Shown: positions 9,557-20,651 of the stretch, piece by piece | Layout: every line of letters starts with the position of its first letter | Numbering within the stretch: the stretch's first letter is position 1 | The notes under the pieces: model-generated | Seen by the model: the letters and a program-made list of their open reading frames with translations, nothing else | What the model was told of the DNA's origin: nothing | Database searches by the model: none | Translations under genes and position numbers: made by a program | Assembly (NCBI GenBank): GCA_050253075.1 | Contig: JBFWJS010000003.1 | Span: forward strand, 405,972-469,971 | Origin: Deferribacterales bacterium | Lineage (GTDB): Bacteria > Chrysiogenota > Deferribacteres > Deferribacterales > Geovibrionaceae | Length of the DNA stretch: 64,000 bases | Direction: 5' to 3'

Positions 9557-10778
9557 TAAAACACGCTTTCTGAGCATAGCAGGGGCTATATCAGAAGTGT
9601 GGCCCACAGACATGATATACTCATGCAGCGACGACGGCGAGCACACCTCCGCATGCTATGTTTCTCCCGACAGAGAGCTGATAATCAGCTCACAAACCGA
9701 TAAGGAAAAGCTGAAAGAATTCGCATTTTCAGACGAGCGTGAAACCCTCGGGTATCTCAGCTATGACCTCGGTCTGCTGAAATACGGCATAGCGAAAAGG
9801 TCAGAGGTCTCGGGCGAGCTCGGACGCTTTAAAAAATATATGGCATACCTCATACACAGCGGAAGTAGCCTCGAGGTGTGCACTGATTCCCACGAAATGC
9901 TCGAGAGGATACTTTATATAGCCGAAAATACAGAGAGGCAGATGCCCGCATACTCTTATGAAAATATAAGGGCAAACATGACCGAGGCGGAATACGCCAA
10001 GGGTGTGAGTAAAACTCTGGAGCATATCCGAAAAGGTGACACATACCAGCTTAACTTGTCGATGAAATTCATGGCGGATTTCAATGGGTCGCCCCTCACC
10101 ATGTGGATGGATATGGCAGAGAAATACCCCGCACCGTTTTACGCATTTTATCACGCAGAGTCAGAGGATATATTATCCACATCGCCCGAGAGATTCTTAA
10201 AGGTTTCTAACGGGTGCGTGCTGTCTCAGCCCATAAAGGGTACGCACAGATTTGATGAATATTACGAAGGTATAGAGAGCATACTTACTGACAGTGTGAA
10301 AGAGAGCGCAGAGCTTTCTATGATAGTAGACCTCATCCGCAACGACATATCTGGATACTGCGAATACGGCAGTGTGCATGTGTCGAGGCACAAGTCCGTG
10401 ATGCGGGTGGACAACCTGCTCCAGATGTACAGCAACGTACACGGCAGGCTGAGAGACGGCGCAGATGTTGTGGATCTGCTCTGGTCGGCTTTCCCCGGCG
10501 GGTCTATAACAGGATGCCCGAAGAAACGCTCTATGGAGATAATAGACGCTCTCGAACCACACAGGCGTGGCGCATACTGCGGGAGCATCGTTCGGATACA
10601 GGACACTCTGAACATGGACTCGAACATTATGATACGTACGGCATGCGTCAGCAGAGGCGAGCTGACTTTTTTCGCAGGCAGCGGTATTGTTGCAGATTCT
10701 GATCCTGTTATGGAGTATAATGAGACAATAAGCAAAGCAGAAAAATTCCTAAGGGCAGGAAATGGTTGTATATTATAA
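9528..10778 (+). CDS. pabB: Aminodeoxychorismate synthase component I
   Basis: GDTYQLNLS, SPERF, PIKGT, MIVDLIRND and FPGGSITGCPK motifs. Confidence 0.87.
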   Translation: MFSTVLELIDKTRFLSIAGAISEVWPTDMIYSCSDDGEHTSACYVSPDRELIISSQTDKEKLKEFAFSDERETLGYLSYDLGLLKYGIAKRSEVSGELGRFKKYMAYLIHSGSSLEVCTDSHEMLERILYIAENTERQMPAYSYENIRANMTEAEYAKGVSKTLEHIRKGDTYQLNLSMKFMADFNGSPLTMWMDMAEKYPAPFYAFYHAESEDILSTSPERFLKVSNGCVLSQPIKGTHRFDEYYEGIESILTDSVKESAELSMIVDLIRNDISGYCEYGSVHVSRHKSVMRVDNLLQMYSNVHGRLRDGADVVDLLWSAFPGGSITGCPKKRSMEIIDALEPHRRGAYCGSIVRIQDTLNMDSNIMIRTACVSRGELTFFAGSGIVADSDPVMEYNETISKAEKFLRAGNGCIL

Positions 10779-11469
10779 AGGGCAGTTCATTGACAGCGCC
10801 GAGGCTGTGACGGATACGAGCGATCCGCATTTCAGATATGGTGCAGGCTTTTTCGAAACTATTTTGTATAACGGTAAAGAGATTCAGCATCTGGACAGAC
10901 ATGTGGCACGTCTGGAGGCTTCGTGCGCCCATTTCGGCTTTGAGCCTGCGTGGGCTGACTACCGCAGTATAATAAGCGTGCTGATAGAACAGAACGCTCT
11001 GAACGGAGAGCAGGCAAGGGTTAACATCTGCCAGACGGCAAACTCCACCGAGAGCTGCGGGGTCTTTATCTCCGCCGTGCCTTATACACCGCCGAAGCTC
11101 GATAAGGTGTTCCGTCTGTGCCTTTATCCCCATGTGCACGAGAGCTATATGTCTGAGCATAAATCAATGAACTACATGCATTTTATGATGGCGAAGAAAT
11201 ACGCACAGCAGAAAGACTGTGACGACAGCATCCTGACAGACTCGAAAGGCAATCTGCTCGAAACATCGACGGCATCTATGATTATTGAGAAAGACGGACA
11301 GTATTACACATCGAAAGAAACAAACAGGCTGAAGAGCATCTCCCTCGAACTTTTCGCAGAGGAAAACGGGCTTCAGCAGGTCGATATAAAATTAGAAGAC
11401 ATCCAAGACCGCAACATATTCATTACAAATTCATTGATGGGACTGAGAAAAGCAGTCCTTGTGCGTTAA
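10762..11469 (+). CDS. pabC: Aminotransferase class IV, aminodeoxychorismate lyase
   Basis: YGAGFFET, HVARL, HKSMNY (PLP lysine) and FITNSLMG; follows pabAB. Confidence 0.8.
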   Translation: MVVYYKGQFIDSAEAVTDTSDPHFRYGAGFFETILYNGKEIQHLDRHVARLEASCAHFGFEPAWADYRSIISVLIEQNALNGEQARVNICQTANSTESCGVFISAVPYTPPKLDKVFRLCLYPHVHESYMSEHKSMNYMHFMMAKKYAQQKDCDDSILTDSKGNLLETSTASMIIEKDGQYYTSKETNRLKSISLELFAEENGLQQVDIKLEDIQDRNIFITNSLMGLRKAVLVR

Positions 11470-11508
11470 CGCTTTATTTGATATATTTTAAGACAATACA
11501 GGTATGAA

Positions 11509-12732
11509 ATGGATAAGATATTAATCGTCGAAGACAGCAGGAATCTAGCTGCCTTCATTCAGGCATCGGTAAAAAACGACACGGGGCTTAGTGGGGATAT
11601 AGCGCTCAGCTATGCAGAGGCGGAGAAGCTTTTAGGTGAAAACGAGTATTTCGCCGCCGTGACAGACCTGAACCTGCCCGATGCGCCCGCAGGCTCTATG
11701 GTAGACACTCTCATCGAAAGAAACATTCCGACAATAGTCTATACCGGCGACTACAGCGATGACCTGCGTGTTAAGATATGGAAAAAGAAGATAGTCGACT
11801 ATGTAATAAAGCGTGACCCTGAAAGTGATAAATACGTAAGCAAGCTGATATGCCAGCTCCGAAAGAACATACATATCGACGTGCTCATCGTCGATGACTC
11901 CGTCATCCTGAGAAACAGTATGAAGAGGCTGCTGGAGGCGCATTTGTTCCGTGTGCATGCTTTCGGAAGTGCCACTGAAGCTCTGGAGCAGGCGGGGAAG
12001 CTGGAAAACCTGAAGCTCGTCATCTCCGACTATATGATGCCCGACATGGACGGATTCGAGTTTGTCAGGAGCATCCGAAAGAGCTTCCCGAAGGATAAGG
12101 TCGCATTCATAGGTGTTTCGGGCACTGCGAAGGAGGAGGTCTCTGCGAAGTTTATAAAATTCGGCGCAAACGACTTCATGATGAAGCCTTTCAGCCACGA
12201 GCAGTTCTATACCCGTGTGAATCAGAACCTGCAGATGATACTGATGATAGAGAACATCCTCGACCTTTCGAACAAAGACTTCCTTACCGGGTTGTATAAC
12301 CGCAGATATTTCTTCATGGAGATGGACAGGGTGTTTGATAAAAACGCTGAAAAGACCGTCTGCATCATGGATATCGACCATTTCAAAAAGGTGAACGACA
12401 CATACGGGCACGACGGCGGTGATGCTGTGCTGAAGTTTGTGGCGCATCTTTTAAAGGCTTACGTGGGGAACAAAGGTTTTGTGACCAGATTCGGCGGAGA
12501 GGAGTTCTGCGTTTATCTTTCGGAGAAGGTGTGTGACGAATTTTTTGAAGGTATGCGCAGGATGTTAGAGGATTCCGTCATAGATTTCGACGGTGTCGAT
12601 ATAAAGATAACAGCCAGCTTCGGCGTTACGTCTGTCTCGGGCAAGTCTGTGGATGCCATGATAACAGAGGCGGATTCGCTCCTGTACGACGCTAAGACAT
12701 CAGGCAGGAACAGAGTTAGGGCTATTTGCTAA
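11509..12732 (+). CDS. Diguanylate cyclase with two receiver domains (PleD-like architecture)
   Basis: Two REC domains (DLNLPD, DYMMPDMDG) plus DIDHFKKVND and RFGGEEF. Confidence 0.92.
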   Translation: MDKILIVEDSRNLAAFIQASVKNDTGLSGDIALSYAEAEKLLGENEYFAAVTDLNLPDAPAGSMVDTLIERNIPTIVYTGDYSDDLRVKIWKKKIVDYVIKRDPESDKYVSKLICQLRKNIHIDVLIVDDSVILRNSMKRLLEAHLFRVHAFGSATEALEQAGKLENLKLVISDYMMPDMDGFEFVRSIRKSFPKDKVAFIGVSGTAKEEVSAKFIKFGANDFMMKPFSHEQFYTRVNQNLQMILMIENILDLSNKDFLTGLYNRRYFFMEMDRVFDKNAEKTVCIMDIDHFKKVNDTYGHDGGDAVLKFVAHLLKAYVGNKGFVTRFGGEEFCVYLSEKVCDEFFEGMRRMLEDSVIDFDGVDIKITASFGVTSVSGKSVDAMITEADSLLYDAKTSGRNRVRAIC

Positions 12733-12801
12733 AAGCAGTTGTAAATACAGGCAAATATGCTCTATTATAACAGTGCATATTTTATGATTTACAGGTGTTA
12801 A

Positions 12802-14922
12802 ATGCAGGAAAAGTTATATAGCGAATTTTCATTTCAAAGATCCCACATCAGCAGTGTTATCGAGCTCCATCTCGATGGCAATACAGTCCCGTTCATCGCC
12901 CGATACCGTAAAGAAAGAACAGGCAACATGGATGCCGAAGACATCCGAAATATCATAGAGAGATACGAATACCTCGGAAACCTTGAAAAACGCAAGGAAG
13001 AGGTGATAGCAGCCATAGACGAGCGTGGAAAGCTGACGGAAGAGCTGAAAAAGGCCATACTGAAAGCCGAAACCATGAAAGAGGTGGAAGACCTCTACGC
13101 CCCTTATAAATCCAAAAAGAAAACAAAAGCAGACCTCGCCCGTGAAGCCGGGCTGGAGCCGCTCGCTCTGTTCATCAGGTCAAATGCGTCACTCGCATCA
13201 CTCGATGCCGAAGCGGCGAAATACATAAACGAAGCCGTGGCAGATGCCGACACAGCCATCACTATGGCATCAGACATCATCACCGAAGAGATAGGGCATG
13301 ATCCTGAAATAAAGGCCCGTCTGAGAGAGCTGTATGAAAACAATGCAGAGCTCGTCTCCGCTCAGAAGACAGACTCCAAAGAGCGCAACCCATACGAAGA
13401 CTATTATGATTTCCGCCAGAAGATAAAGGATGTGCCCCCGCACAGAGTGCTCGCCATGTTCCGCGGAGAGCGTGAAAAGATACTTAAACTGAAAGTAGAG
13501 ATAGATGAGACAATGTGCCTCAACGCCATCGGAAAGATATGTAAGGACAAGGAGATGGCAGAGAACGACATCACCCTTAAATGCATGCGTCAGGCTCTGA
13601 AAAAGATGCTGGAGCTCTCGCTCGAGCTGGAGTTCAGAGGCGAGCTGAAAGACAAAGGGGAGATAAAGGCAATCTCTGTTTTCGCAGAAAACCTTAAAAA
13701 CCTGCTCCTCACCCCGACAGTGCGTAATAAAGTGATCATGGGCATCGACCCCGCATTCCGCACAGGGTGTAAATACGCAGTGGTAGACACCACGGGCAAG
13801 CTGCTCGACTATGGCGTCATGTACCCTACAAAACCACAGGAAGACTATCACTCGAGCCGTAAGATAATGCTCGACACCATAAAAAAGAACGGCGTACATG
13901 CCATAGCCATAGGCAACGGTACAGCCAGCCGTGAGACAGAGGAATTTGTCGCAGGCGTCATATCAGACGACGGACTGGACATACAGTACACCATAGTCAG
14001 CGAAGCGGGAGCGAGCGTTTATTCCGCAGGTGACGTGGCAAAGAGAGAGTTCCCCGAGCTGGATGTATCCATCCGTGGAGCTATCTCCATAGCCAGGCGT
14101 GTGCTCGACCCTCTGGCAGAGCTGGTGAAGATAGACCCGAAATCTATCGGCGTGGGCATGTATCAGCACGACGTCACAGGCAAAAAGCTGGAGAAATCAC
14201 TCTCTGACGTGGTGGAGGATGTGGTGAACAACGTCGGCGTAGACCTTAACACCGCAAGCCCGTCGCTCCTTTCATACGTGTCAGGGCTCAGCGAATCCCT
14301 CGCTGAAAAAATAGTAAAGCACAGGCAGTCCATCGGACGCTTTGCCAGCAGGAAGGACCTGCTGAAGGTGGACGGAGTAGGCGAACTGACATTCAGACAG
14401 TCTGCGGGCTTCCTTAAGATTTACGGCGGTCAGGAGAGGCTGGACAGCATGTTTATCCACCCTGAGAACTATGATGCCGTATACGCATTCCTCGATGCGG
14501 TGAACCTCTCCAGTGATAAGACAGAGCTGGTGAAGCTCGCCGTAAAGGATAAGAATGTTAAATCCCTCGCCGAAAAGCTCGGCATAGGCGAATATACCAT
14601 CAAAGACATCATGGACAACCTTGAAAAACCTGACAGGGACATCAGAGATAATGTTGACCCTGTGGTGTTCAAACAGGGTATACTGTCCATAGACAGCCTG
14701 AAAGAGGGCGATATCCTCACCGGTAAGGTGAGCAACGTTGTGGATTTCGGCGCATTTGTCGATGTGGGGCTTAAGAATGACGGCCTCGTACACATATCAC
14801 AGCTCGCAGACAGATTTGTCAGCGACCCTGCCGAGGTGGTTAAGGTGGGGCAGACTGTGAAGACAAGGGTGCTGAGCATAGATAAAGAGAGGGGCAGACT
14901 CTCTCTCAGTATGAAGGTGTAA
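12802..14922 (+). CDS. tex: Tex family RNA-binding transcriptional accessory protein
   Basis: TVPFIARYRKE, GIDPAFRTGCK, EAGASVYS, IGVGMYQHDV and a C-terminal S1 domain. Confidence 0.95.
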   Translation: MQEKLYSEFSFQRSHISSVIELHLDGNTVPFIARYRKERTGNMDAEDIRNIIERYEYLGNLEKRKEEVIAAIDERGKLTEELKKAILKAETMKEVEDLYAPYKSKKKTKADLAREAGLEPLALFIRSNASLASLDAEAAKYINEAVADADTAITMASDIITEEIGHDPEIKARLRELYENNAELVSAQKTDSKERNPYEDYYDFRQKIKDVPPHRVLAMFRGEREKILKLKVEIDETMCLNAIGKICKDKEMAENDITLKCMRQALKKMLELSLELEFRGELKDKGEIKAISVFAENLKNLLLTPTVRNKVIMGIDPAFRTGCKYAVVDTTGKLLDYGVMYPTKPQEDYHSSRKIMLDTIKKNGVHAIAIGNGTASRETEEFVAGVISDDGLDIQYTIVSEAGASVYSAGDVAKREFPELDVSIRGAISIARRVLDPLAELVKIDPKSIGVGMYQHDVTGKKLEKSLSDVVEDVVNNVGVDLNTASPSLLSYVSGLSESLAEKIVKHRQSIGRFASRKDLLKVDGVGELTFRQSAGFLKIYGGQERLDSMFIHPENYDAVYAFLDAVNLSSDKTELVKLAVKDKNVKSLAEKLGIGEYTIKDIMDNLEKPDRDIRDNVDPVVFKQGILSIDSLKEGDILTGKVSNVVDFGAFVDVGLKNDGLVHISQLADRFVSDPAEVVKVGQTVKTRVLSIDKERGRLSLSMKV

Positions 14923-14923
14923 T

Positions 14924-16087
14924 ATGTTTATTCTGGACGAACCTTATGCTTCCGACCTGTTGATACAAACACTGAAGCGAAACAAGTATCCTGTTCTCCT
15001 TAATGACTTTGTGAAGAACAACACTAATATGTGCGAGCTGATGGTGTTGTCGGATGAGCGTTTCATAGAGCGTTTCCATACGAAACCACTGATATATACC
15101 AATTCTGAAAACGCAATAAGCTGGATAAACGACAACCTTATGTTCTCAGACCTGATCGAGCGCATCGACATGTTTAAAAACAAAGGTAAGTTCCGTGATA
15201 TGCTCTCGGGCATGTTTCCCGCATTTTACTATAAAGAAGTGCTCCTCGAAGAGCTCGAATCCATAAAGGTCAAAGACCTCCAGTTTCCTTTCATAATCAA
15301 GCCTACGGTGGGCTTTTTCAGCCTAGGCGTGCATTATGTAGAGAATGAAGATAGCTGGAAGGACGTCAGGTTTAAGCTGATCGAAGAGACCAAAAAGATA
15401 AAAGACTATTACCCTGAGGATGTTCTCGACTCTTCGGGATTCATCATCGAAGAGGTCATCGAAGGTGTGGAGTATGCCATAGACGGATACTTCGACGCTT
15501 ACGGCGAGCCGACTGTGCTGAATGTGCTTAAGCATTATTTCGCAGGTGTTGAGGATGTCTCCGACAGGGTGTATGTCACATCCGTAGACATAGTGGAGGA
15601 CGTGCATGAGAAGGTGATGCGTTTCCTCACATCCCTCGGCAGACTTGCCGTTGTGAAGAACTTCCCGTTTCACCTTGAGATACGCATAGACGACAAGGGC
15701 AATATGATACCCATCGAGATGAACCCTATGAGGTTCGCAGGTTGGTGCTGTACTGATATCTCTATGTTTGCATACGGATTCAGCACATATGAATATTTTA
15801 TGGAAAATAAGCAGCCCGACTGGAAAGAGATACGCAAAAAAGCAGGCAGCAATGTGACAGCTATGTGCGTTATTGAAAAGGGTTCCCACATAGACGATGC
15901 GACCCTCGCAGGATTTGACTATGCAAAGCTGAGAGGCTCTTTCAGCAAGGTTTACGAACTGCGTGAGACAGACTATATGAAGTATGGCGTCTTCGGATTT
16001 GTATTCGTCGGCGTAGACAGTGAAGACTCGCCCGAGCTGAAAAATATATTGAACAGCGACCTTTCGGAGTTTCTGATAACAAAATAG
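14924..16087 (+). CDS. ATP-grasp domain protein
   Basis: PFIIKP..G..S.GV, IIEEVIEG.EY.ID and IEMNPMR motifs. Confidence 0.8.
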   Translation: MFILDEPYASDLLIQTLKRNKYPVLLNDFVKNNTNMCELMVLSDERFIERFHTKPLIYTNSENAISWINDNLMFSDLIERIDMFKNKGKFRDMLSGMFPAFYYKEVLLEELESIKVKDLQFPFIIKPTVGFFSLGVHYVENEDSWKDVRFKLIEETKKIKDYYPEDVLDSSGFIIEEVIEGVEYAIDGYFDAYGEPTVLNVLKHYFAGVEDVSDRVYVTSVDIVEDVHEKVMRFLTSLGRLAVVKNFPFHLEIRIDDKGNMIPIEMNPMRFAGWCCTDISMFAYGFSTYEYFMENKQPDWKEIRKKAGSNVTAMCVIEKGSHIDDATLAGFDYAKLRGSFSKVYELRETDYMKYGVFGFVFVGVDSEDSPELKNILNSDLSEFLITK

Positions 16088-16146
16088 TTTTTACCGATTT
16101 CCTTGAACTGTGCCCCCTTTATGTTAATGTTATATATCAGGGGGCA

Positions 16147-17499
16147 ATGATTATGCATTACGACGTTATATGTATCGGAACAGGCGGAGCGGGAAACACC
16201 GCATCATTCAGGCTCGCAGCAGCGGGTAAAAAGGTTCTCATATGCGACTATAAGCAGTTTGGCGGAACATGCGCCATATCAGGATGCGACCCGAAAAAGG
16301 TCATGATAACCGCTGCGGAATTCGCTGATTTCAACAGACGCCTGGCATCAAAGAATGTCACAGACGGCGTTATGCCCCTCTCTTGGCAGGGGATGATGGC
16401 TCACAAGCGTGAATTCACGGGCAATCATTCATCAAGACTAAAGTATAAATACGATAAAGCAGGGATAGACTATGTGGAGGGGAAAGCCTCCTTCACAGGT
16501 GAAAACTCCCTTAAGATAAACGGCAAAGAATACACATTCGATCAGGCATTCATCGGTACAGGCTCAAAGCCCCTTGTGCTCCCTTTCAAAGGCTTTGAGT
16601 ATGTGTGCGACAACGAATGCTTCCTTAACCTCGACAGTCTGCCAAATAACGTCCTATTCATCGGCGGCGGATACATATCCATCGAGTTCGCAAATATCGC
16701 AAATGCATTTGGAGCGGAGACAACTATCGTGCAGGTGGATAAAAGGCTCGTCCCCAGCTTTGAGGAAGACATCGTAGACGTGATGGTCGAATCCCTCAAA
16801 CACAAAGGGATAGGCATCGTGACCAATGCCCGTGTGAACAGCATAGAGAAAAACGGCGATAAATATATAGTGTATATAGACACCCCGGACGGGCAGATCA
16901 CAAAGGACGTAGACCTTGTGATCCACGGAGCGGGCAGGGTGGCGCACCTCGACGGTCTATCGACAGAATCCGCAGGGGTAGAGATATCCCGCAGAGGCGT
17001 CGTGGTGAACGAATATATGCAGACCACAAACCCGAGGATATATGCAGGGGGCGACTGTACGGACACCGAAGGGTATCTGCTCTCTCCTATCGCATTTATG
17101 GAAGGGTATATCGCAGCGTCAAACATGCTGGAAGGGAACAATAAAAAGCCCGACTATATACATACAGGGACTGTTATGTTCAATGTGCCGGGGATAGCTG
17201 CCGTCGGATATACGGAGAAGCAGGCGAAAGATATGGGGCTGAATTATCGTGTGAGGTATCAGCGGACGGAGCACTGGTTTACATCTTTCCGTCAGGCAGA
17301 GCAGTTTTCGGCGTATAAGGTGCTGATAGAGAATGATACTAATAAAATACTCGGCGCGCACATGATCGGACCGCACGCCGAGGACATTATAAATCTTTTC
17401 GTAATAGCGATGAAACAGGGGATGACAACGGGGGACTTGAAGAAGATTATCTATGCCTACCCGACAGCTTCGTCGGACATTCTGCATATGATAGACTGA
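16147..17499 (+). CDS. Class I pyridine nucleotide-disulfide oxidoreductase (glutathione reductase/LPD-like)
   Basis: IGTGGAG, GGTCAISGCDPKK redox disulfide, IGGGYI and YAGGD; C-terminus has YPT rather than HPT. Confidence 0.88.
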   Translation: MIMHYDVICIGTGGAGNTASFRLAAAGKKVLICDYKQFGGTCAISGCDPKKVMITAAEFADFNRRLASKNVTDGVMPLSWQGMMAHKREFTGNHSSRLKYKYDKAGIDYVEGKASFTGENSLKINGKEYTFDQAFIGTGSKPLVLPFKGFEYVCDNECFLNLDSLPNNVLFIGGGYISIEFANIANAFGAETTIVQVDKRLVPSFEEDIVDVMVESLKHKGIGIVTNARVNSIEKNGDKYIVYIDTPDGQITKDVDLVIHGAGRVAHLDGLSTESAGVEISRRGVVVNEYMQTTNPRIYAGGDCTDTEGYLLSPIAFMEGYIAASNMLEGNNKKPDYIHTGTVMFNVPGIAAVGYTEKQAKDMGLNYRVRYQRTEHWFTSFRQAEQFSAYKVLIENDTNKILGAHMIGPHAEDIINLFVIAMKQGMTTGDLKKIIYAYPTASSDILHMID

Positions 17500-18482
17500 T
17501 TTACCCCTGCGAAATATTCGTCCAGCAGGCTGATGATCTGCGCCTCTGTGCGCAGGCTGAACAGGGCATTGCGGAAAGGTGTTACATTCGGCAGCCCCTT
17601 GAGAAACCATACGATGTATTTCTTTATGGTTTCCAGGAACTTACGGTCGCCTTTGAATTCCTTTTCGTATTCTATCATGTCTCTTATGAGAGAGTAGAGC
17701 TCGTCTAAGCTGAGGAAGCCGTTAGGGTCTTTTTCTGCTGCTATGCTGGCGAATATCCACGGCTGTTTCATCATGCCCCGTCCTATCATAACGCCGTCCA
17801 CGCCAGTTGCCAGCATCCTTTGATAAGATTCATAGTCGACTATGTCGCCGTTGCCTATGATGGGCAGTTTCGCTTTGGATTTTGCCTCTGCGATGAGGTC
17901 ATAGTGTGCTTGTCCTGAGTACATTTCCGTCTTTGTCCTGCCGTGCAGGGTGACAGCCTCTGCGCCCTCTTCGTATGCTATGTGTATCATCTCGTTGCAG
18001 TTCAGCGAGTTTTTATCCCAGCCGAGGCGCATCTTAACAGTCAGCATGGCATCGTCGCCCAGAGCTTTTCTTGCCGCTGCGATGACCTTCGCTGCGTTTG
18101 CAGGGTCTTTCATCATTGCGCTTCCGCTACCTGATTTCAGAACCTTTTTCACGGGGCATCCCATGTTTATGTCTACTATGTTTGTGGGGATATTATCTTT
18201 TATAAAGGCTATCGCCTCTGTGAATGCTTCGGGTTTCCCGCCGAAGAGCTGTATGCCTATGGGTTTGTCTGATTCTGATATCTGAAGGTATTCGATGGTC
18301 TTGTCCACATGTCTGCGGAGCCCCTCGACACTGACCATTTCAGTATATATCAGCCCGTCGAAGAACCTGCGCACCATCCTGCGGAAAGCGGGCGTAGTAA
18401 CCCCTGCGAGAGGCGCTCCTATCATGTTGTTATGCTGAAGTATCTGACGGATTCTACTTGTTGATGTGCTGCATTCTGTCAT
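17457..18482 (-). CDS. dusB: tRNA-dihydrouridine synthase
   Basis: APLAG, TEMVS, DINMGCP, HGRT, NGDI and MIGRG motifs. Confidence 0.9.
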   Translation of the reverse strand: MTECSTSTSRIRQILQHNNMIGAPLAGVTTPAFRRMVRRFFDGLIYTEMVSVEGLRRHVDKTIEYLQISESDKPIGIQLFGGKPEAFTEAIAFIKDNIPTNIVDINMGCPVKKVLKSGSGSAMMKDPANAAKVIAAARKALGDDAMLTVKMRLGWDKNSLNCNEMIHIAYEEGAEAVTLHGRTKTEMYSGQAHYDLIAEAKSKAKLPIIGNGDIVDYESYQRMLATGVDGVMIGRGMMKQPWIFASIAAEKDPNGFLSLDELYSLIRDMIEYEKEFKGDRKFLETIKKYIVWFLKGLPNVTPFRNALFSLRTEAQIISLLDEYFAGVNQSIICRMSDEAVG

Positions 18483-19437
18483 GTGCTGTTTCGTCCAGTG
18501 ATGCGAACTTTCTTTGTCCGAAAAATTTAAACGCCGTATAGGCTATCATATCGCCGTTGTCTGTGCAGAGTCTTGGTGAGGGGAAGAAGACCTCAAAGCC
18601 TTTCTTCGCCTGAAATGCACGTCTGATGTATCCGTTGCAAGCGACACCGCCCGCCACGACTATCTTTTGCCTGCCCAGCTCTTTTGCTATTCGCAGGACT
18701 TTCAGCGTGAGGGTGTCAGCCACAGTCTTTTGGAAAGAGGCGGCTATGTCTGCGTGGGATTCCACGCCGTCGTTTATCTGGTTCAGCACGGCTGTTTTCA
18801 GCCCGCTGAATGAAAAGTCCGGTCTGTTCTTTATGGCTATGGGGAGCTTGATCTTGTTTTCGTCACCTGTCTCGGCGAGCTTTTCTATCATAGGTCCGCC
18901 CGGATATCCGAGCCCGAGCATCTTCGCCACTTTGTCGAATGATTCGCCAGCTGCGTCGTCTATGGTGCGTGCCAGCAGCTCAAAGTTATATGCGCCGTCT
19001 ATGTCGTATATATGTGTGTGTCCGCCGGAGATGATGAGAGCCATGTATGGAGCCTCTAGCCCCTGATGCTGCAGCTCGGCAGCCAGTATATGTGCGGATA
19101 GGTGATTTACGGGAACCACGGGGATGTTCAGAGCATAGCCCAGAGCCTTTGCGAATGATACGCCCACAAATAGCGCACCGATAAGCCCTGGTGCGTTTGT
19201 CACGCCGATGGCGTCGAGGTCGTTCGGGGTAATCCCCGCCTTTTCCATGCACTGCTCAAAGAGCGATTCCAGCTTAAGGATGTGGTTACGTGATGCAACC
19301 TCGGGAACAACACCGCCGAACTTGCTGTGCAGTTCCGCCTGTGAGCTTGTGAAGGTCGCCAGTATTTCGTGTTTTACAGAATCGTAGACCGCCAGAGACG
19401 TTTCGTCGCAGGAGGACTCTATGCCGAGTATTATCAC
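18454..19437 (-). CDS. tsaD: tRNA N6-threonylcarbamoyltransferase
   Basis: ILGIESSCDET, GGVVPEVASRNH, NHLSAH, SGGHT and TDNG motifs. Confidence 0.96.
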   Translation of the reverse strand: MIILGIESSCDETSLAVYDSVKHEILATFTSSQAELHSKFGGVVPEVASRNHILKLESLFEQCMEKAGITPNDLDAIGVTNAPGLIGALFVGVSFAKALGYALNIPVVPVNHLSAHILAAELQHQGLEAPYMALIISGGHTHIYDIDGAYNFELLARTIDDAAGESFDKVAKMLGLGYPGGPMIEKLAETGDENKIKLPIAIKNRPDFSFSGLKTAVLNQINDGVESHADIAASFQKTVADTLTLKVLRIAKELGRQKIVVAGGVACNGYIRRAFQAKKGFEVFFPSPRLCTDNGDMIAYTAFKFFGQRKFASLDETAHDRMQHINK

Positions 19438-20651
19438 TTTTGTGTAAGCTCCAATGCAGAGACAAGGTGATACCCTGCTTTTTCAAGCTCGGGCATTATC
19501 TTTTTAAGGGCGTGAACGGTGTTCTCGCGCAGGTGGCCTATCATTATGACATTGCCGTCGCTGCGTGCTATCTCTGCTCCTTCGATAATCTTGGAGCGAA
19601 TATAGCCGTAATCTGATTCGTTGTCTATGAATTTACGGTTTATACCGCACTCAAATCCTGCTGCTTTACACTCATCGTATGCAACGGTGTTTGCCGCTGT
19701 GTAGCTGTCTACGAATGTCGTTGTGTATGGACGGATATATTTAAATATCTGCTGCATCTTCTGCTTGTCCTGTGTGATGGCGGAGCCCATGTGGTTGTTG
19801 AAGCCGTCTATCTGAGAACCGACACTTGCAACATTGCTTTCGAGGGATGCTTTTATCAGCTTTTCAGGCATGTTGAGCAGTATCGCTCCTTTGCCAGGGT
19901 CTGTCTTAGGGTATGATACAGGCTGCATAGGCTGATGCAGGAATATTGTCTTGCCTTTTTCTCTGCCTATTTTAGCTGTTTCGGATGCGAATTTTGTATG
20001 AGGGATGATAGCCATTGTTATAGGATAGGGGATGTCTGCCAGCTCACGTGCCAGCTCTTCGCTGTATCCGCAGTCGTCTATGACAAATGCTATGCTGTTC
20101 GGCAGAGGTTTTTTTACAACTGGTTTTTCCACGACCTTATCTGTTGTGAAGGTTATGGCTATCTTTACCAGAGGATTAACAGCGGAGAGCCCGTCTGCAT
20201 CGGATACCGTCATGCCTATCTCGCTCAGCTTTTCGCTGATGGTGCGTTTCAACTCTATGGTCTCTATGTGTGCGGGGTCCAGCAGCATCTTTATCTCTGT
20301 GGAGTCGTCTGATGCTACCTCTGTCTTTTCCTTTATGCTGGTTTTATCCAGCCCGTATGTAAAGAGCGCAATGTATACGGCGTCCAGCACATGCTCTGCA
20401 TCGGCAGCCTGAACAGCCTCAGACGGTTTGCCTGTGATGCTTGCTGCCTGTGCGGGTGCGTCGCCCCTTATGACAAAGAGTGTCGCCACTGCTATCAGTA
20501 TGACGGCAGCCACAGCCAGTGCGCCTGCTATCATGAGCGTCGTTACCTTCGGTTCGTTATCGTCTTTCTTTTTACCGTTATCACTTTTCGGAGCGGATGT
20601 GGTTATAGGTCTGCGGACCTTTGAGCCACCGCCGTTCTTCTTATTTCGCAT
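19434..20651 (-). CDS. Divergent polysaccharide deacetylase family protein
   Basis: IDDCG, LHQPMQP, NNHMGS, FVDS and IGH motifs; usual position after ctpA. Confidence 0.88.
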   Translation of the reverse strand: MRNKKNGGGSKVRRPITTSAPKSDNGKKKDDNEPKVTTLMIAGALAVAAVILIAVATLFVIRGDAPAQAASITGKPSEAVQAADAEHVLDAVYIALFTYGLDKTSIKEKTEVASDDSTEIKMLLDPAHIETIELKRTISEKLSEIGMTVSDADGLSAVNPLVKIAITFTTDKVVEKPVVKKPLPNSIAFVIDDCGYSEELARELADIPYPITMAIIPHTKFASETAKIGREKGKTIFLHQPMQPVSYPKTDPGKGAILLNMPEKLIKASLESNVASVGSQIDGFNNHMGSAITQDKQKMQQIFKYIRPYTTTFVDSYTAANTVAYDECKAAGFECGINRKFIDNESDYGYIRSKIIEGAEIARSDGNVIMIGHLRENTVHALKKIMPELEKAGYHLVSALELTQK

